Origin: Candidatus Bathyarchaeia archaeon
GTDB taxonomy: Archaea; Thermoproteota; Bathyarchaeia; Hecatellales; Hecatellaceae
Assembly: GCA_038883335.1 (NCBI GenBank)
Contig: JAVZMI010000001.1
Location: 51,696 to 115,695 of the forward strand
DNA: 64,000 bases
Direction of reading: 5' to 3'
In this document: in pieces, positions 1 to 10,017 of the stretch
Position numbering within the stretch: position 1 is the first letter of the stretch
Layout of the letters: every line of letters starts with the position of its first letter
The notes under the pieces: generated by a model
Database searches by the model: none
The model's input: only the letters and a program-made list of their open reading frames with translations
What the model was told of the DNA's origin: nothing
Position numbers and translations under genes: made by a program

Positions 1-165
1 CTTTAAACCTTGGTTATCGCCGCGCCCTAGCTTCGCTAAGACCTTCCGGCCAGCCTCCTCCTCCACCTTTAGAACTTTAGCTTTGTCCTCCTGAGCCAGA
101 TGATAGACAGCTCTAACTCCTCTCCGCCCTTTCAACCATTCTATAACTCGATCGACTGTAGCCAT
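1..165 (-). CDS. Partial hypothetical protein, N-terminal 55 aa; the ORF runs off the window start
   Basis: The reverse strand reads ATG(163-165) MATVDRVIEWLKGRRGVRAVYHLAQEDKAKVLKVEEEAGRKVLAKLGRGDNQG... with no stop before position 1. No family was recognised. Confidence 0.25.
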   Translation of the reverse strand, partial: MATVDRVIEWLKGRRGVRAVYHLAQEDKAKVLKVEEEAGRKVLAKLGRGDNQGLK

Positions 166-345
166 AAGTCTGCCCGTTTTGCGTAAGCCTGAAGGTTGGT
201 TAATTTTATAAAGATAACTTTTAAAAACTAGTCTTTTAAAACTAGTGCGAATGGCCCCTCCTCGGGGCTATTCACTAGGTTATATGCGTTTAGGTGGTGA
301 AGCTAAATTTCCACTCTAAGAGAAGGATCTGGCAGTCTTCCTTCT

Positions 346-3021
346 ATGGCGGAGGTAAATTGGCACACGCTTAAGAAAGAAGAGGTTTTAAGTTTACTTA
401 AGTCGCGGAGGGATGGCCTACGAGATGAGGAAGCCGAAGAGCGGCTTATGATATATGGCCCTAACGAGCTGCGGAGAATGAAGGGCTCTTCACCTCTTAA
501 AATCCTCTTAGATCAGTTTAAAGACCTACTGATTTCAATTATATTGTTTGCCACAGCCATCTCATATATGCTTGGAGAGGTGGCTGACGCTTTAGTTATC
601 TTCGCCATAGTGGTCGCTACGGTGGTTCTAGGCTTCGTCCAGGAATATAAAGCTGAGAGAGCTACCGACGCGCTGAGGCGGATGATCCCCGCCAAAGCGA
701 GAGTTCTTCGCGGTGGAGAGGAGAAAAAAATTGACGCGGTGAGGGTAGTACCCGGAGATATTCTGTTAATATCTTCAGGCGATCGAATAGTAGCCGACGG
801 TTACCTGCTCGAAGACCATAACCTACAGGTTGATGAGGCTCCTCTCACTGGGGAGGCAGTCCCGGTGGAGAAGGAGGGGGATGTAGTACTAGCCCCCGAA
901 ACTCCGCTAGGGGACAGGGTTAACTGTATCTTCTCCGGAACGACTGTAACTTATGGGCATGCAGTGGCTGTAGTCACCGCAACCGGGATGAATACTCAGC
1001 TAGGTAAGATCGCCGGGCTACTTCAAGAGATTAAAGAGGAGAAGACTCCGCTGGAGAAGAGAATAGAGCATGTAGGGAGGTGGCTGGCCGGTTTTAGTGT
1101 CATAGTTGTGATGGTCGTCTCAAGTTTAGGTGTCTTACGCGGATATGGTTTATTGGAAATGTTTCTTTGGGGTGTAAGTCTGCTAGTAGCTGCTGTGCCA
1201 GAGGCTCTGCCAGCTATCATCACCGGCGGGCTGGCTATAGGGATGCAACAGATGGCCAAGCGGAAAGCGATTGTTAGGAAGCTACGTGCAGTTGAGGCTC
1301 TGGGTAGCATTGATGTTATTTGCTCTGATAAGACTGGCACCCTAACCAAGGGGGAGATGACTGTGAAGCAAGTATACGCGGAGGGTAGACTCTTCGAGGT
1401 CAAAGGGGTAGGCTACGACCCTAAAGGTGAGGTCGTTGATGGAGAGTCTCTGAAATCCAGCCCTCTGCCTCTGATAGCTGTACTCTGTAATAACGCTAGA
1501 CTTGTGAAGTCGAATGGCACCTATAGCGTTGATGGTCAGTCCACGGAAGGAGCACTAATTGTACTAGCCAAGAAGATTGGCATTTCAGTGGAAGAGGTGA
1601 GGAATCAATACCCTAAGGTGGGAGAGATCCCTTTCAGCTCTAACAGGAAATGTATGAGTACCATACACGCCACACCAGATGGGCGAGCCCTCGCGTTTGT
1701 CAAAGGAGCACCAGAAGTGGTAATTGCCAGATGTAACAGGATACATCTTAGTGGAGGAGTTCGAATACTAACGGAGGAAGATAGAAGGGAAATCTATAGG
1801 ATAAATGACGAACTGGCGAAGAAAGCTCTCCGAACTCTAGCCCTAGCCTACAAGGAGGCTCAGATTCAGGAGAAATATTCGGCGGAGATAGAGGAAGATC
1901 TCATTTTCTGCGGGCTTGTGGGGATGATCGACCCTCCAAGGGAGGAAGCTAAGGATGCGGTGCAAATCTGTAAGCAGGCTAGTATAAAAACAGTAATGGT
2001 TACAGGCGATCACAAGTTAACCGCGAACGCGATAGCCCAGGAACTAGGAATACTGGATGGTTTATCGGTAACTGGCGATGAGCTAGACCGGATGAGTGAT
2101 AACGAACTCGATGCGAAGATTGAAGATATAGCGGTATTCTCTCGAGTCTCGCCTGAACACAAGCTGAGAATTGTTAAATCTCTAAAAAAGAGGGGGCACA
2201 TAGTGGCAGTTACAGGTGACGGTGTAAATGATGCACCAGCACTCAGGCGTGCAGATATAGGAGTCGCTATGGGGATCACTGGCACCGATGTTAGCAAAGA
2301 GGCTGCTGACGTGATTCTCATGGACGATAACTTTGCAACAATCGTTGCCGCAGTACTCCAGGGTAGAGTGATCTATGAGAACATTAAGAAATACCTGGCC
2401 TACTTGGTTTCTAAGAATCTGGGAGAGATTCTTATAATGCTTGTAGCAGCCCTTATCGGGATGCCTCTGCCCTTACTGACGGCGCAGATCCTCTGGGTTA
2501 ATCTTGTCACGGATGGGCTGCCAGCCATGGCACTTGGCGTAGACCCACCAGACCCCGACGTAATGAACCGACCACCTCGTCCGCCTAGGGAATCAATTTT
2601 CGCAGAAGGTGTGAAGGCGATCATACTCGTTGCAAGCGTAATAATTACTATGGTCACCCTTCCGATCTTCGGCTGGTACCTCAGTTTGGAAGATGGCGAA
2701 GATTTAGCGAAGGCGCGTACTATAGTTTTTACTTTAATAGTTATGTTCGGCATGTTCAACGCTTTCAACTGCCGTTCGATAAGACATTCGATCTTCAAAG
2801 TAGGATTGTTTAAGAATAGATACCTACTTGGCGCAGTCGCCTCCTCCACCCTGCTTCAAATAATCGTGGTCTACGTGCCTCTACTCCAACCATACTTTGG
2901 GACTGTGCCTCTCGATGCTGATGATTGGCTGCTCATAGGTGCGGCATCCTCAACAGTGTTGCTTGGGATGGAAATGGCCAAAGCCTTAAGAAGAAACTTT
3001 AAGCGTTTCGGAACTGAATGA
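346..3021 (+). CDS. P-type cation-transporting ATPase (Ca2+/cation pump, type II-like)
   Basis: 891 aa. It has the phosphorylation motif ICSDKTGTLT and the hinge motif VTGDGVNDAPAL, plus a TGES-like actuator region and about 10 predicted TM helices at the N- and C-termini. Confidence 0.9.
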   Translation: MAEVNWHTLKKEEVLSLLKSRRDGLRDEEAEERLMIYGPNELRRMKGSSPLKILLDQFKDLLISIILFATAISYMLGEVADALVIFAIVVATVVLGFVQEYKAERATDALRRMIPAKARVLRGGEEKKIDAVRVVPGDILLISSGDRIVADGYLLEDHNLQVDEAPLTGEAVPVEKEGDVVLAPETPLGDRVNCIFSGTTVTYGHAVAVVTATGMNTQLGKIAGLLQEIKEEKTPLEKRIEHVGRWLAGFSVIVVMVVSSLGVLRGYGLLEMFLWGVSLLVAAVPEALPAIITGGLAIGMQQMAKRKAIVRKLRAVEALGSIDVICSDKTGTLTKGEMTVKQVYAEGRLFEVKGVGYDPKGEVVDGESLKSSPLPLIAVLCNNARLVKSNGTYSVDGQSTEGALIVLAKKIGISVEEVRNQYPKVGEIPFSSNRKCMSTIHATPDGRALAFVKGAPEVVIARCNRIHLSGGVRILTEEDRREIYRINDELAKKALRTLALAYKEAQIQEKYSAEIEEDLIFCGLVGMIDPPREEAKDAVQICKQASIKTVMVTGDHKLTANAIAQELGILDGLSVTGDELDRMSDNELDAKIEDIAVFSRVSPEHKLRIVKSLKKRGHIVAVTGDGVNDAPALRRADIGVAMGITGTDVSKEAADVILMDDNFATIVAAVLQGRVIYENIKKYLAYLVSKNLGEILIMLVAALIGMPLPLLTAQILWVNLVTDGLPAMALGVDPPDPDVMNRPPRPPRESIFAEGVKAIILVASVIITMVTLPIFGWYLSLEDGEDLAKARTIVFTLIVMFGMFNAFNCRSIRHSIFKVGLFKNRYLLGAVASSTLLQIIVVYVPLLQPYFGTVPLDADDWLLIGAASSTVLLGMEMAKALRRNFKRFGTE

Positions 3022-3128
3022 AAGGATATAATTTTATTAGGTGCAAAGCCCAGCAAACCCTTAAATTCTCCAGTTTTACTCATTCAGCTGGATTAAAATC
3101 TCGGCTATTAACTATATCTTCGGGAAAG

Positions 3129-4253
3129 ATGGCTGGCAGGACAGGTATCTTCGAGCTCTCTTTGCATGGAGGGAAGGCGCCTCACTGGCTACTTTCTAGG
3201 ATGAAGGGGTTAGCTAAGGGTATATTGAAGGTTATGGCAGACGATTATGGCGTTGAAGAGATTCTATGCAGGCTCTCAGATCCCCTCTGGTTTCAGGCGC
3301 TAGCCTGCTTGTTAGCCTTCGACTGGGATAGTAGCGGAACGACAACCGTAACTTCAGCCGTCCTAAAGAGTATCTTAGGAGAGATGGATCTTGGGCTTAG
3401 GGTTGCAGGTGGGAAGGGTGCGTATTCACGTAGGACACCTGTGGAAATTTTGGCTATAGGAGAGGAGTTCAACCTCCCACATCACAGGGTCGCAGAGTTG
3501 AGTTACGCCAGTAGGATGAGTGCAAAGGTCGATAACGCCGCTATTCAAGCTGGCTACCAACTCTACCACCATACAATCTTCATATCTGAGAGGGGAGACT
3601 GGGCTGTTGTTCAACAGGGGTTCAACTCTGAAGCTAAGACGGCGAGGAGATATCACTGGCTCTCAAAAGAGTTGAAGGGCTTCGTCGACGAACCTCATAG
3701 AGGGATCGTGGGGCAGGTTATTCACGGCGACGTTTTAGACATGACTGCTAAATCGAGTGAAGAGTGTAGAAAGGTATGTACCGACATTGCCAAAATGAAG
3801 ACATCGAATGTTAGACAGCAATATTTATCCATCCGTAGTGCAAACCAGCCATCCCTCAACCGGTGGCTGGGGGTGTGTCCTGAACCTGCCTTACATCCTC
3901 ACTACCGGTTCATCCCAGAGAATGTTAACTGGAAGGCTCTGGAAGAGGCTTACGAGTTGAGTCCAAACAACTTTGAGGAAGTCCTGTCTGTTAAAGGAAT
4001 TGGGCCGGCTACGGTGAGGGGGTTAGCCTTGATGGCTGAACTTATCTATGGCTCTAAGCCAAGTTGGAGAGACCCTGTGCGTTTCTCTTTCGCCTTCGGA
4101 GGGAAAGATGGCGTACCCTACCCCGTCAATAGGAAGGCGATGGATGATGCGATAATAGTTTTGAGAGAGGCAGTGGAGGCGGCTGAGATAGGGAATAGAG
4201 AAAAGGTGGACGCGATAAAGAGGCTCAGAGATTTCGCCTCCACAGCAGTGTAG
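3129..4253 (+). CDS. Conserved archaeal protein, DUF763-like (function unknown)
   Basis: The ORF 3018..4253 overlaps the ATPase stop. The internal ATG at 3129 (MAGRTGIFELSLHGGKAPHWLLSRMKGLA...) fits the conserved N-terminus of the DUF763 family, as recalled from memory. Confidence 0.4.
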   Translation: MAGRTGIFELSLHGGKAPHWLLSRMKGLAKGILKVMADDYGVEEILCRLSDPLWFQALACLLAFDWDSSGTTTVTSAVLKSILGEMDLGLRVAGGKGAYSRRTPVEILAIGEEFNLPHHRVAELSYASRMSAKVDNAAIQAGYQLYHHTIFISERGDWAVVQQGFNSEAKTARRYHWLSKELKGFVDEPHRGIVGQVIHGDVLDMTAKSSEECRKVCTDIAKMKTSNVRQQYLSIRSANQPSLNRWLGVCPEPALHPHYRFIPENVNWKALEEAYELSPNNFEEVLSVKGIGPATVRGLALMAELIYGSKPSWRDPVRFSFAFGGKDGVPYPVNRKAMDDAIIVLREAVEAAEIGNREKVDAIKRLRDFASTAV

Positions 4254-4279
4254 GTCCAGTATGGTGGTCAACCGGAGGT

Positions 4280-5251
4280 TTGCTTGCCACGAATTTAAAA
4301 TTGAAGAAAACAGTGGTGGGAAGTTTCCCGAAGCAACCCCTACCAGTGCCCGACGCTATAAGATATCTTGCAGACCTGCAAATCCGCCATGGCATTAACC
4401 CTGTATCTGACGGGGAGCAACGTAACGATATGATTGGGTATTTTGACCAGATACCAGGTCTGGGGTGGTCTTCTCTCAGACTTTGCGTCTTAGACGAGAT
4501 ACATCCCATGGAACATACGGACGCCTTCTATAAAATAGAGGACTATCTCTTCCTCAGGAGGTATCTGGATGGAATCGGCAGTGGCGATGTGGGCATCAAG
4601 ACAGCCATAACAGGTCCCGTTACACTAGGTTTCACTTGCGCCGCTCATGGAGTTAAACACTACCAGGGAGTCTGTGACATTAATCTATATAGTGACCTTT
4701 CGAAGGCGTTGAAACCTATTATAGAGAGGTTGCTGGACCTTGGCGCGCATGTTCAGATAGATGAGCCTGGACTGTCGGCTGGGTACATGAATCCAAAGGT
4801 GGCTGTATCGATAATTAACGAGGTGCTCTCTGGTATCCGTGAGAGTTCGCTGGAAAGGTTAAGCGTACACGTCTGCGGTGATCTATCGAAAGTGCGTGGA
4901 TTACTTGACAGTTTTCTCGATCTCAGGCCAAAAATCCTGAGTCTTGCCTTCAGCGGTAGAGATGAGAGAAGGAATGCTCAGCTACTTTCTAGGGCGCATT
5001 TGGAGACCTCCCAGAAGAAGGTTGGGGTAGGATGCGTAGCTACCTCCACAGATGAAGTTGGGGAAGTCGAGGGCGTAGAAGAGATTATAAATAGGTTGGT
5101 AGATCTGGAAGAGAAGTTTGGTTTAGAGAATATAGCCTACTTCCATCCAGATTGTGGCTTTAAGAATTTATCAATCGAGGTAGCCTCCAAGATTTTGGAG
5201 AACATGGTAGCTGCGGTTGACATCCTAGCAAGTAGACTAAGTAGCCTTTAA
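4280..5251 (+). CDS. Cobalamin-independent methionine synthase (MetE C-terminal domain)-like protein
   Basis: 323 aa. The N-terminal KKTVVGSFPK motif and the length are typical of short archaeal MetE-like, UroD-fold proteins. Confidence 0.5.
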   Translation: MLATNLKLKKTVVGSFPKQPLPVPDAIRYLADLQIRHGINPVSDGEQRNDMIGYFDQIPGLGWSSLRLCVLDEIHPMEHTDAFYKIEDYLFLRRYLDGIGSGDVGIKTAITGPVTLGFTCAAHGVKHYQGVCDINLYSDLSKALKPIIERLLDLGAHVQIDEPGLSAGYMNPKVAVSIINEVLSGIRESSLERLSVHVCGDLSKVRGLLDSFLDLRPKILSLAFSGRDERRNAQLLSRAHLETSQKKVGVGCVATSTDEVGEVEGVEEIINRLVDLEEKFGLENIAYFHPDCGFKNLSIEVASKILENMVAAVDILASRLSSL

Positions 5252-5471
5252 TCTCGGAAGGCGTATAGGAAAATTAAAATCCTCCTAAATAAAATTTCAT
5301 GGCAACAGAGAGTTCATACCGAGCGTTAGGGGGAATTTAAACTTGGCGAAGAAGAACGAGAGAAGAACCAAAGCTAACATGAGAGGCAGAGAGCCGCGTA
5401 ATATCCCTCTGGCTGAAGAGGAGGAGCCCCCCATCTACGTCGTATAGGCAGAGGCTTCACCCAAAAGTCAT

Positions 5472-6095
5472 TTAATATGGGGGCTTCTCCTCTGCAGTTT
5501 TGCTACGCGTATAACATAGTCGGGAGATGATTTTTTGACTCCTGACTATGAGTGTATCCACATCCACTTTCATTACAATGACCATGATTAACGATGTTAA
5601 GGTTATGGAAGCCAGCACTACGGCAACATTTCCAAAAGAGGACCCGACTAGGCTTCGCGTGATGAAGCCTAGGTAAGCACCAGGCAGACCAATCGCAAAT
5701 TTTCCCAGAAAGTAGCTGACACAAAATTTTACTGGATTATATTTCATAAGGGCCATTGGAATCATAATAGGCTCATCGGGTAGGGGGGTGGCTGCTACAG
5801 CAAAGTTAGCCGCGAAAGCCCAGCGGCCTATCTTTGAGAAGTACTTATCGAGCCTAACGGATTTATCTTGGCCTATCACTTTCCTTAAGAAGAAAATAGC
5901 CAGGTAGTGAATTGATTTGGCGGCGGTAGCACCGCCGGCGACTATTAGCCCAACAGCTAGGGGGTCTAAGGCAAACAAGGAAGTGACGTTCATCGCGATT
6001 AGCAGGTTCGAGGGTCCCATGAAGGGTATAATGTTTAAGACGAATACAGTTATGAAAGCTCCAAGTAGCTCTAAGTCAGTCAGCTGCTCAAACAA
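5472..6095 (-). CDS. Integral membrane protein, DedA/VTT-domain-like
   Basis: 207 aa with 5-6 hydrophobic helices. The ATPLPDEPIMIPMALMKYNPVKF segment resembles the VTT/SNARE-associated domain. Confidence 0.35.
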   Translation of the reverse strand: MFEQLTDLELLGAFITVFVLNIIPFMGPSNLLIAMNVTSLFALDPLAVGLIVAGGATAAKSIHYLAIFFLRKVIGQDKSVRLDKYFSKIGRWAFAANFAVAATPLPDEPIMIPMALMKYNPVKFCVSYFLGKFAIGLPGAYLGFITRSLVGSSFGNVAVVLASITLTSLIMVIVMKVDVDTLIVRSQKIISRLCYTRSKTAEEKPPY

Positions 6096-6300
6096 CCCTT
6101 AACCATCCCTATAAGAGGGAAAATTCGTGAGGTAATAATTCTTGCGGTAGAGCTGGTAGGGTCTTTACAGCTGGTTCCTTAGTTGCTCGGTTCCTAGTGT
6201 GAAGGAATGCCAGGGACTTAAGGTTTCATCTGACCAAGGTTTGCTTAAGTTGTAGTCGATGGAAAATACATATATCTCGAATCTAATATGAGTGTTGAAG

Positions 6301-6310
6301 CTAAAATATT
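6301..6310 (+). promoter_or_regulatory. Candidate TATA box (ctaaaatatt) about 30 nt upstream of the porG start; the mRNA is probably leaderless
   Basis: An A/T-rich octamer sits at the archaeal TATA-box spacing relative to the ATG at 6338. No other A/T tract lies in the preceding 40 nt. Confidence 0.3.
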
Positions 6311-6337
6311 CGGAATCCCAGCGAGAGGCTATGTTAG

Positions 6338-6889
6338 ATGCTTGTGGAGATTAGATGGCATGGGAGAGGGGGGCAAGGGGTCGTAACCGCTGGTCGAATT
6401 CTGGCTGAGGCCGCTTTGTTAGATGGAAAGTATATTCAAGCCTTCCCAGAGTTTGGACCTGAGAGAACTGGCGCCCCTGTTCGCAGTTTCACGCGGATAA
6501 GTGACAAGCCGATCAACTTGCATAGTCAGATTTATAATCCAGACGTGGTGGCAGTCATTGATCCTACAGTACTCTCTCCCGAAGTCTACAGAGACATTAA
6601 AATGAGTGGTAAATTGATTGTCAACAGCAACAGGGCACCAGAAGAGTTAGCTGGGGATATTGGATGCGGCAGCCTAAAGCTTTACACGGTTAACGCTATC
6701 CGAATCGCGTTGGACATTCTAGGCCGCCCCATTTATAACACACCAATAATAGGAGCTTTAATCAAGGCGACTGGTGTGGCATCTCTTGATTCGGTGATAA
6801 AAGCGGTCTCTCAGCGTTTTCTAAGTACATTGGCAGAGAGGAATATTAAAGCAATAGTGAGAGCGTACGACGAGGTGAAGGGGTCTTGA
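6338..6889 (+). CDS. porG: Pyruvate/2-oxoacid:ferredoxin oxidoreductase, gamma subunit
   Basis: 183 aa. The N-terminus EIRWHGRGGQGVVTAGRILAEAALLDGKYIQAFPEFGPERTGAPV is characteristic of the POR gamma subunit. It is the first gene of a 4-gene operon with overlapping stops and starts. Confidence 0.85.
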   Translation: MLVEIRWHGRGGQGVVTAGRILAEAALLDGKYIQAFPEFGPERTGAPVRSFTRISDKPINLHSQIYNPDVVAVIDPTVLSPEVYRDIKMSGKLIVNSNRAPEELAGDIGCGSLKLYTVNAIRIALDILGRPIYNTPIIGALIKATGVASLDSVIKAVSQRFLSTLAERNIKAIVRAYDEVKGS

Positions 6890-7173
6890 AGAAGATCACT
6901 CCAGCTTCCGGGTGGCGTGACCTCCCCCTAGGCGGCTACATCTTGGAGCCTGGGTCCGCCCTCGAGTATAAAACTGGAGATTGGAAAGCTTTTAAGCCTA
7001 TTGTGGACGAGAATGCGTGCGTTAATTGTCTACTCTGTTGGATATACTGCCCTGATGCGGCCATTAAGAGGAGGGACAAGAAGGTCTACGTTGACTATGA
7101 TTACTGTAAAGGGTGTGGCATCTGTGCTCAGGTATGCCCTGTACATGCAATTAAGATGATTGAAGAGAGGTAG
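6886..7173 (+). CDS. porD: Pyruvate:ferredoxin oxidoreductase, delta subunit (2x[4Fe-4S] ferredoxin)
   Basis: 95 aa with two CxxCxxCxxxCP clusters (CVNCLLCWIYCP and CKGCGICAQVCP). Confidence 0.85.
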   Translation: MKKITPASGWRDLPLGGYILEPGSALEYKTGDWKAFKPIVDENACVNCLLCWIYCPDAAIKRRDKKVYVDYDYCKGCGICAQVCPVHAIKMIEER

Positions 7174-7180
7174 CCGAGCG

Positions 7181-8353
7181 ATGATTGTTGGTTTAACTGG
7201 GAATGAAGCTGTCGCTCAAGCTGTGAAGCAATGCAATGTAGACTTGGTAGCCGCCTATCCGATCACACCCTCAACAGTTGTGGTTGAGAAGATAAGCGAA
7301 TATGTGGCAAACGGCGAGATCAATACGGAGTTCATCTGTGTAGAATCAGAGCATTCAGCCATGTCAGCGTGCATTGGTGCAAGCTTGGCGGGCGCTAGAG
7401 TCTTCACAGCCACCTCAAGCCAAGGCTTGGCCTATATGCATGAGATGCTCTACATAACCTCAGGCCTCCGTTGCCCTGTAGTCATGTCCGTCGCAAACCG
7501 CGCTCTCTCAGCACCGATAAACATACACTGCGACCATTCAGATGCATTCGGCTCTCGCGACTGCGGCTGGATACAACTATGGGCTGAGGATGTTCAAGAG
7601 ACTTACGACTGCATCTTTGAGGCCTTTAGGATAGCTGAGAGTCCAGAGGTCACGTTACCTACAATGGTTTGCTACGACGGCTTCATAATCTCCCATGCAT
7701 TGGAACGCGTGAACCTATTGAGTGACGATGACGTTAAGCGGTTCTTACCTGGGAGGGAAGCTGCCTACACGCTTAACCCAAAAAAGCCAATAACAGTCGG
7801 CGCCCTAGTTCTACCCGACTATTATTTCGAGATTAAACGCCAACAAGAAGAAGCTTTGAGAGCCTCTATAGCCACCATACGCACTACCAAAGAGGAGTTC
7901 AAGAAGGTTAGCGGGAGGGAGCATGCTATCATACAATCGTATATGATGGAGGATGCTGAGTCAGCTGTCATATGCCTCGGAAGCACTGCAGGCCAAGCGC
8001 GGGTGGCTGTAGACGAGCTACGTAAGGAGGGCAAGAAGGTCGGTGTGCTGAAGCTCCATCTCTACCGGCCTTTCCCAGCTAGAGAGGTGGTTAAAGCGTT
8101 GAGGGGGTTGAAGGTTTTAGCCGTATTGGATCGAGCCTATAGCCCAGGCGCCGTAGGGGGGCCACTTTTTAGTGATGTCTGCGCAGCAATGTATGGGATA
8201 AGAGATGGACCTTACATATTCGATGTAGCCTATGGACTTGGAGGTCGCGACATATCGACTGCAGACTTCAGGAAGATATTTGATAAGTCGTTTGATGTTC
8301 TTAGAGCGGGACGGGTAGATGAGCCTCTGATTCAAGTAGGGGTGAGGGAGTAA
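7181..8353 (+). CDS. porA: Pyruvate:ferredoxin oxidoreductase, alpha subunit
   Basis: The ORF is 7160..8353, and the internal ATG at 7181 (MIVGLTGNEAVAQA...) avoids overlap with porD. It has the typical POR alpha N-terminal domain and is followed directly by the beta subunit. Confidence 0.85.
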   Translation: MIVGLTGNEAVAQAVKQCNVDLVAAYPITPSTVVVEKISEYVANGEINTEFICVESEHSAMSACIGASLAGARVFTATSSQGLAYMHEMLYITSGLRCPVVMSVANRALSAPINIHCDHSDAFGSRDCGWIQLWAEDVQETYDCIFEAFRIAESPEVTLPTMVCYDGFIISHALERVNLLSDDDVKRFLPGREAAYTLNPKKPITVGALVLPDYYFEIKRQQEEALRASIATIRTTKEEFKKVSGREHAIIQSYMMEDAESAVICLGSTAGQARVAVDELRKEGKKVGVLKLHLYRPFPAREVVKALRGLKVLAVLDRAYSPGAVGGPLFSDVCAAMYGIRDGPYIFDVAYGLGGRDISTADFRKIFDKSFDVLRAGRVDEPLIQVGVRE

Positions 8354-9270
8354 TGGTTAAGCTAGCTGAATTACCGCAGGAAGAACTCTTCACGTCAGGC
8401 CACAGGCTTTGTGCTGGGTGTGGCCCGGCTGTGGCTATGCGGATAATGACAAAAGCCCTCCGAGGACCAACGATAATCACCACCTCAACAGGCTGTGTCG
8501 AGGTGGGGTCAACTATCTACCCCTACACTTGCTGGAATATACCTTGGGTGCACTCAGCATTTGAGAATGCCGCCTCTACAGCTGCAGGCATTGAGGGCGC
8601 ATTAAAGGCATTGAGCAGGCGAGGCATCATCAACGAAAAAATCGACATCGTCGCCATTGGAGGCGATGGAGGAACCTTTGATATAGGGTTGCAGGCTCTC
8701 TCTGGGGCTTTGGAGAGGAGACATGACTTCCTTTATGTTTGCTATGACAATGAGGCGTACATGAATACAGGAGTTCAACGTTCCGGTGCGACGCCTTACG
8801 GGGCCTCCACGACAACTAGCCCAGCTGGGAGGGCCATCCCCGGGAAGTTAGTCTGGAAGAAGAATATAGCGGCCATCGCGGCCGCCCATGGAGTACCCTA
8901 TGTTGCCACAGCCTCCATCGCATACTGGAATGATTATATCTCAAAGGTTAGGAGAGGGCTCGAGGTGGATGGGCCGGCATTCGTTCACGTCTATGCGCCC
9001 TGCCCTCTTGGCTGGAGAATTCCAAGTGAGGCGACTATTCAGCTAGCCCAGTTGGCAGTTCAGACTAGGGTCTTTCCCTTATACGAGATTATAGATGGGC
9101 GTTATGTGCTGAGCCTAGACATCCCTAAGCCTAAGCCAGTAGAAGAATACCTGAAGATACAAGGGAGATTTAAACACCTGTTCACGCCGGAGTGTAGGGG
9201 CGAGGTCGATGTGATTCAAGCGGATGTTGAAAGGCGTTGGGCTGCCTTGAAAAAACTCTGTAGCCAATAG
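8353..9270 (+). CDS. porB: Pyruvate:ferredoxin oxidoreductase, beta subunit (TPP-binding)
   Basis: 305 aa with CAGCG, the TPP-binding motif GGDGGTFDIG and the YDNEAYMNTG region. Confidence 0.85.
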   Translation: MVKLAELPQEELFTSGHRLCAGCGPAVAMRIMTKALRGPTIITTSTGCVEVGSTIYPYTCWNIPWVHSAFENAASTAAGIEGALKALSRRGIINEKIDIVAIGGDGGTFDIGLQALSGALERRHDFLYVCYDNEAYMNTGVQRSGATPYGASTTTSPAGRAIPGKLVWKKNIAAIAAAHGVPYVATASIAYWNDYISKVRRGLEVDGPAFVHVYAPCPLGWRIPSEATIQLAQLAVQTRVFPLYEIIDGRYVLSLDIPKPKPVEEYLKIQGRFKHLFTPECRGEVDVIQADVERRWAALKKLCSQ

Positions 9271-9325
9271 TGTTGTAAGGATCCCGGAAGCGTATATTAG
9301 TTAGTAGAAAATTCCGTTTCGGTAG

Positions 9326-9766
9326 CTAAGTTACATGTATTACCTCCGGCTTCAGCGACTCCAAGATTCTGAGACGTATCCTTTTTAACGCTTCATGGGA
9401 GTCAAGTTGCCTCTCACTCGTAAGAGCTTGAAGCTCCTTCATAACCGCTAGAGACACATCCAGCCTATGTATCCATGTACAGTCTTTGCAGCTCCAGACC
9501 GCAAGTCCAGGCTGGTTAGCTTTCACATACCGCCCGCCAGTGAGTTCGTCCTCACATGGATAAAATGGGCAATAACACCAAGTGCAATCTTCTAGGTTCT
9601 TATGGCATGGAAAGTAATCGCAAGACACGTTGATACCTAAAATTTTCCCAGCTCTAATGAGCTCCATGAGACAGTCGCAGTCTTCCCCCTTTTTTGTGGC
9701 TTCCAAATGGTTCGTCACGGCCCACCGACCTATGCTTTGAATATGCGAGTTTAGTTTATAAAACAT
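9326..9766 (-). CDS. Cysteine-rich small protein, putative metal-binding; function unknown
   Basis: 146 aa with 13 Cys in CDC, CxxxxC, CxxCxC and CxxC patterns. It resembles the Cysteine-rich small domain proteins of archaea, as recalled from memory. Confidence 0.35.
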   Translation of the reverse strand: MFYKLNSHIQSIGRWAVTNHLEATKKGEDCDCLMELIRAGKILGINVSCDYFPCHKNLEDCTWCYCPFYPCEDELTGGRYVKANQPGLAVWSCKDCTWIHRLDVSLAVMKELQALTSERQLDSHEALKRIRLRILESLKPEVIHVT

Positions 9767-10017
9767 TGGATGGATTATCCATATCGAATATAATGCAGCG
9801 CTTCAGCTGAAGCCTCTACAAAGCGAGAATTTCGGCTGTAGCATAAGTTGTTTGTAATTATTTTCAGGTACGCCTCCTTTTCATTCACTTTGTCTTTCAG
9901 AAATTCGGCTATCAGAAAAATTCTAGCGAGTTAGTTAGAAAGTGCACTATTAAACAGGGATGGACGGGTGGGGAATAAGATGGAGGCTATACACGCGTGG
10001 CTAGGGCTTTGGGAGGA

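Noticed and set aside
3018-3128. N-terminal 37 codons of the 3018..4253 ORF (MKGYNFIRCKAQQ...)
   Set aside because: They overlap the ATPase stop and are not conserved-looking. The internal ATG at 3129 gives the family-typical MAGRTG N-terminus.
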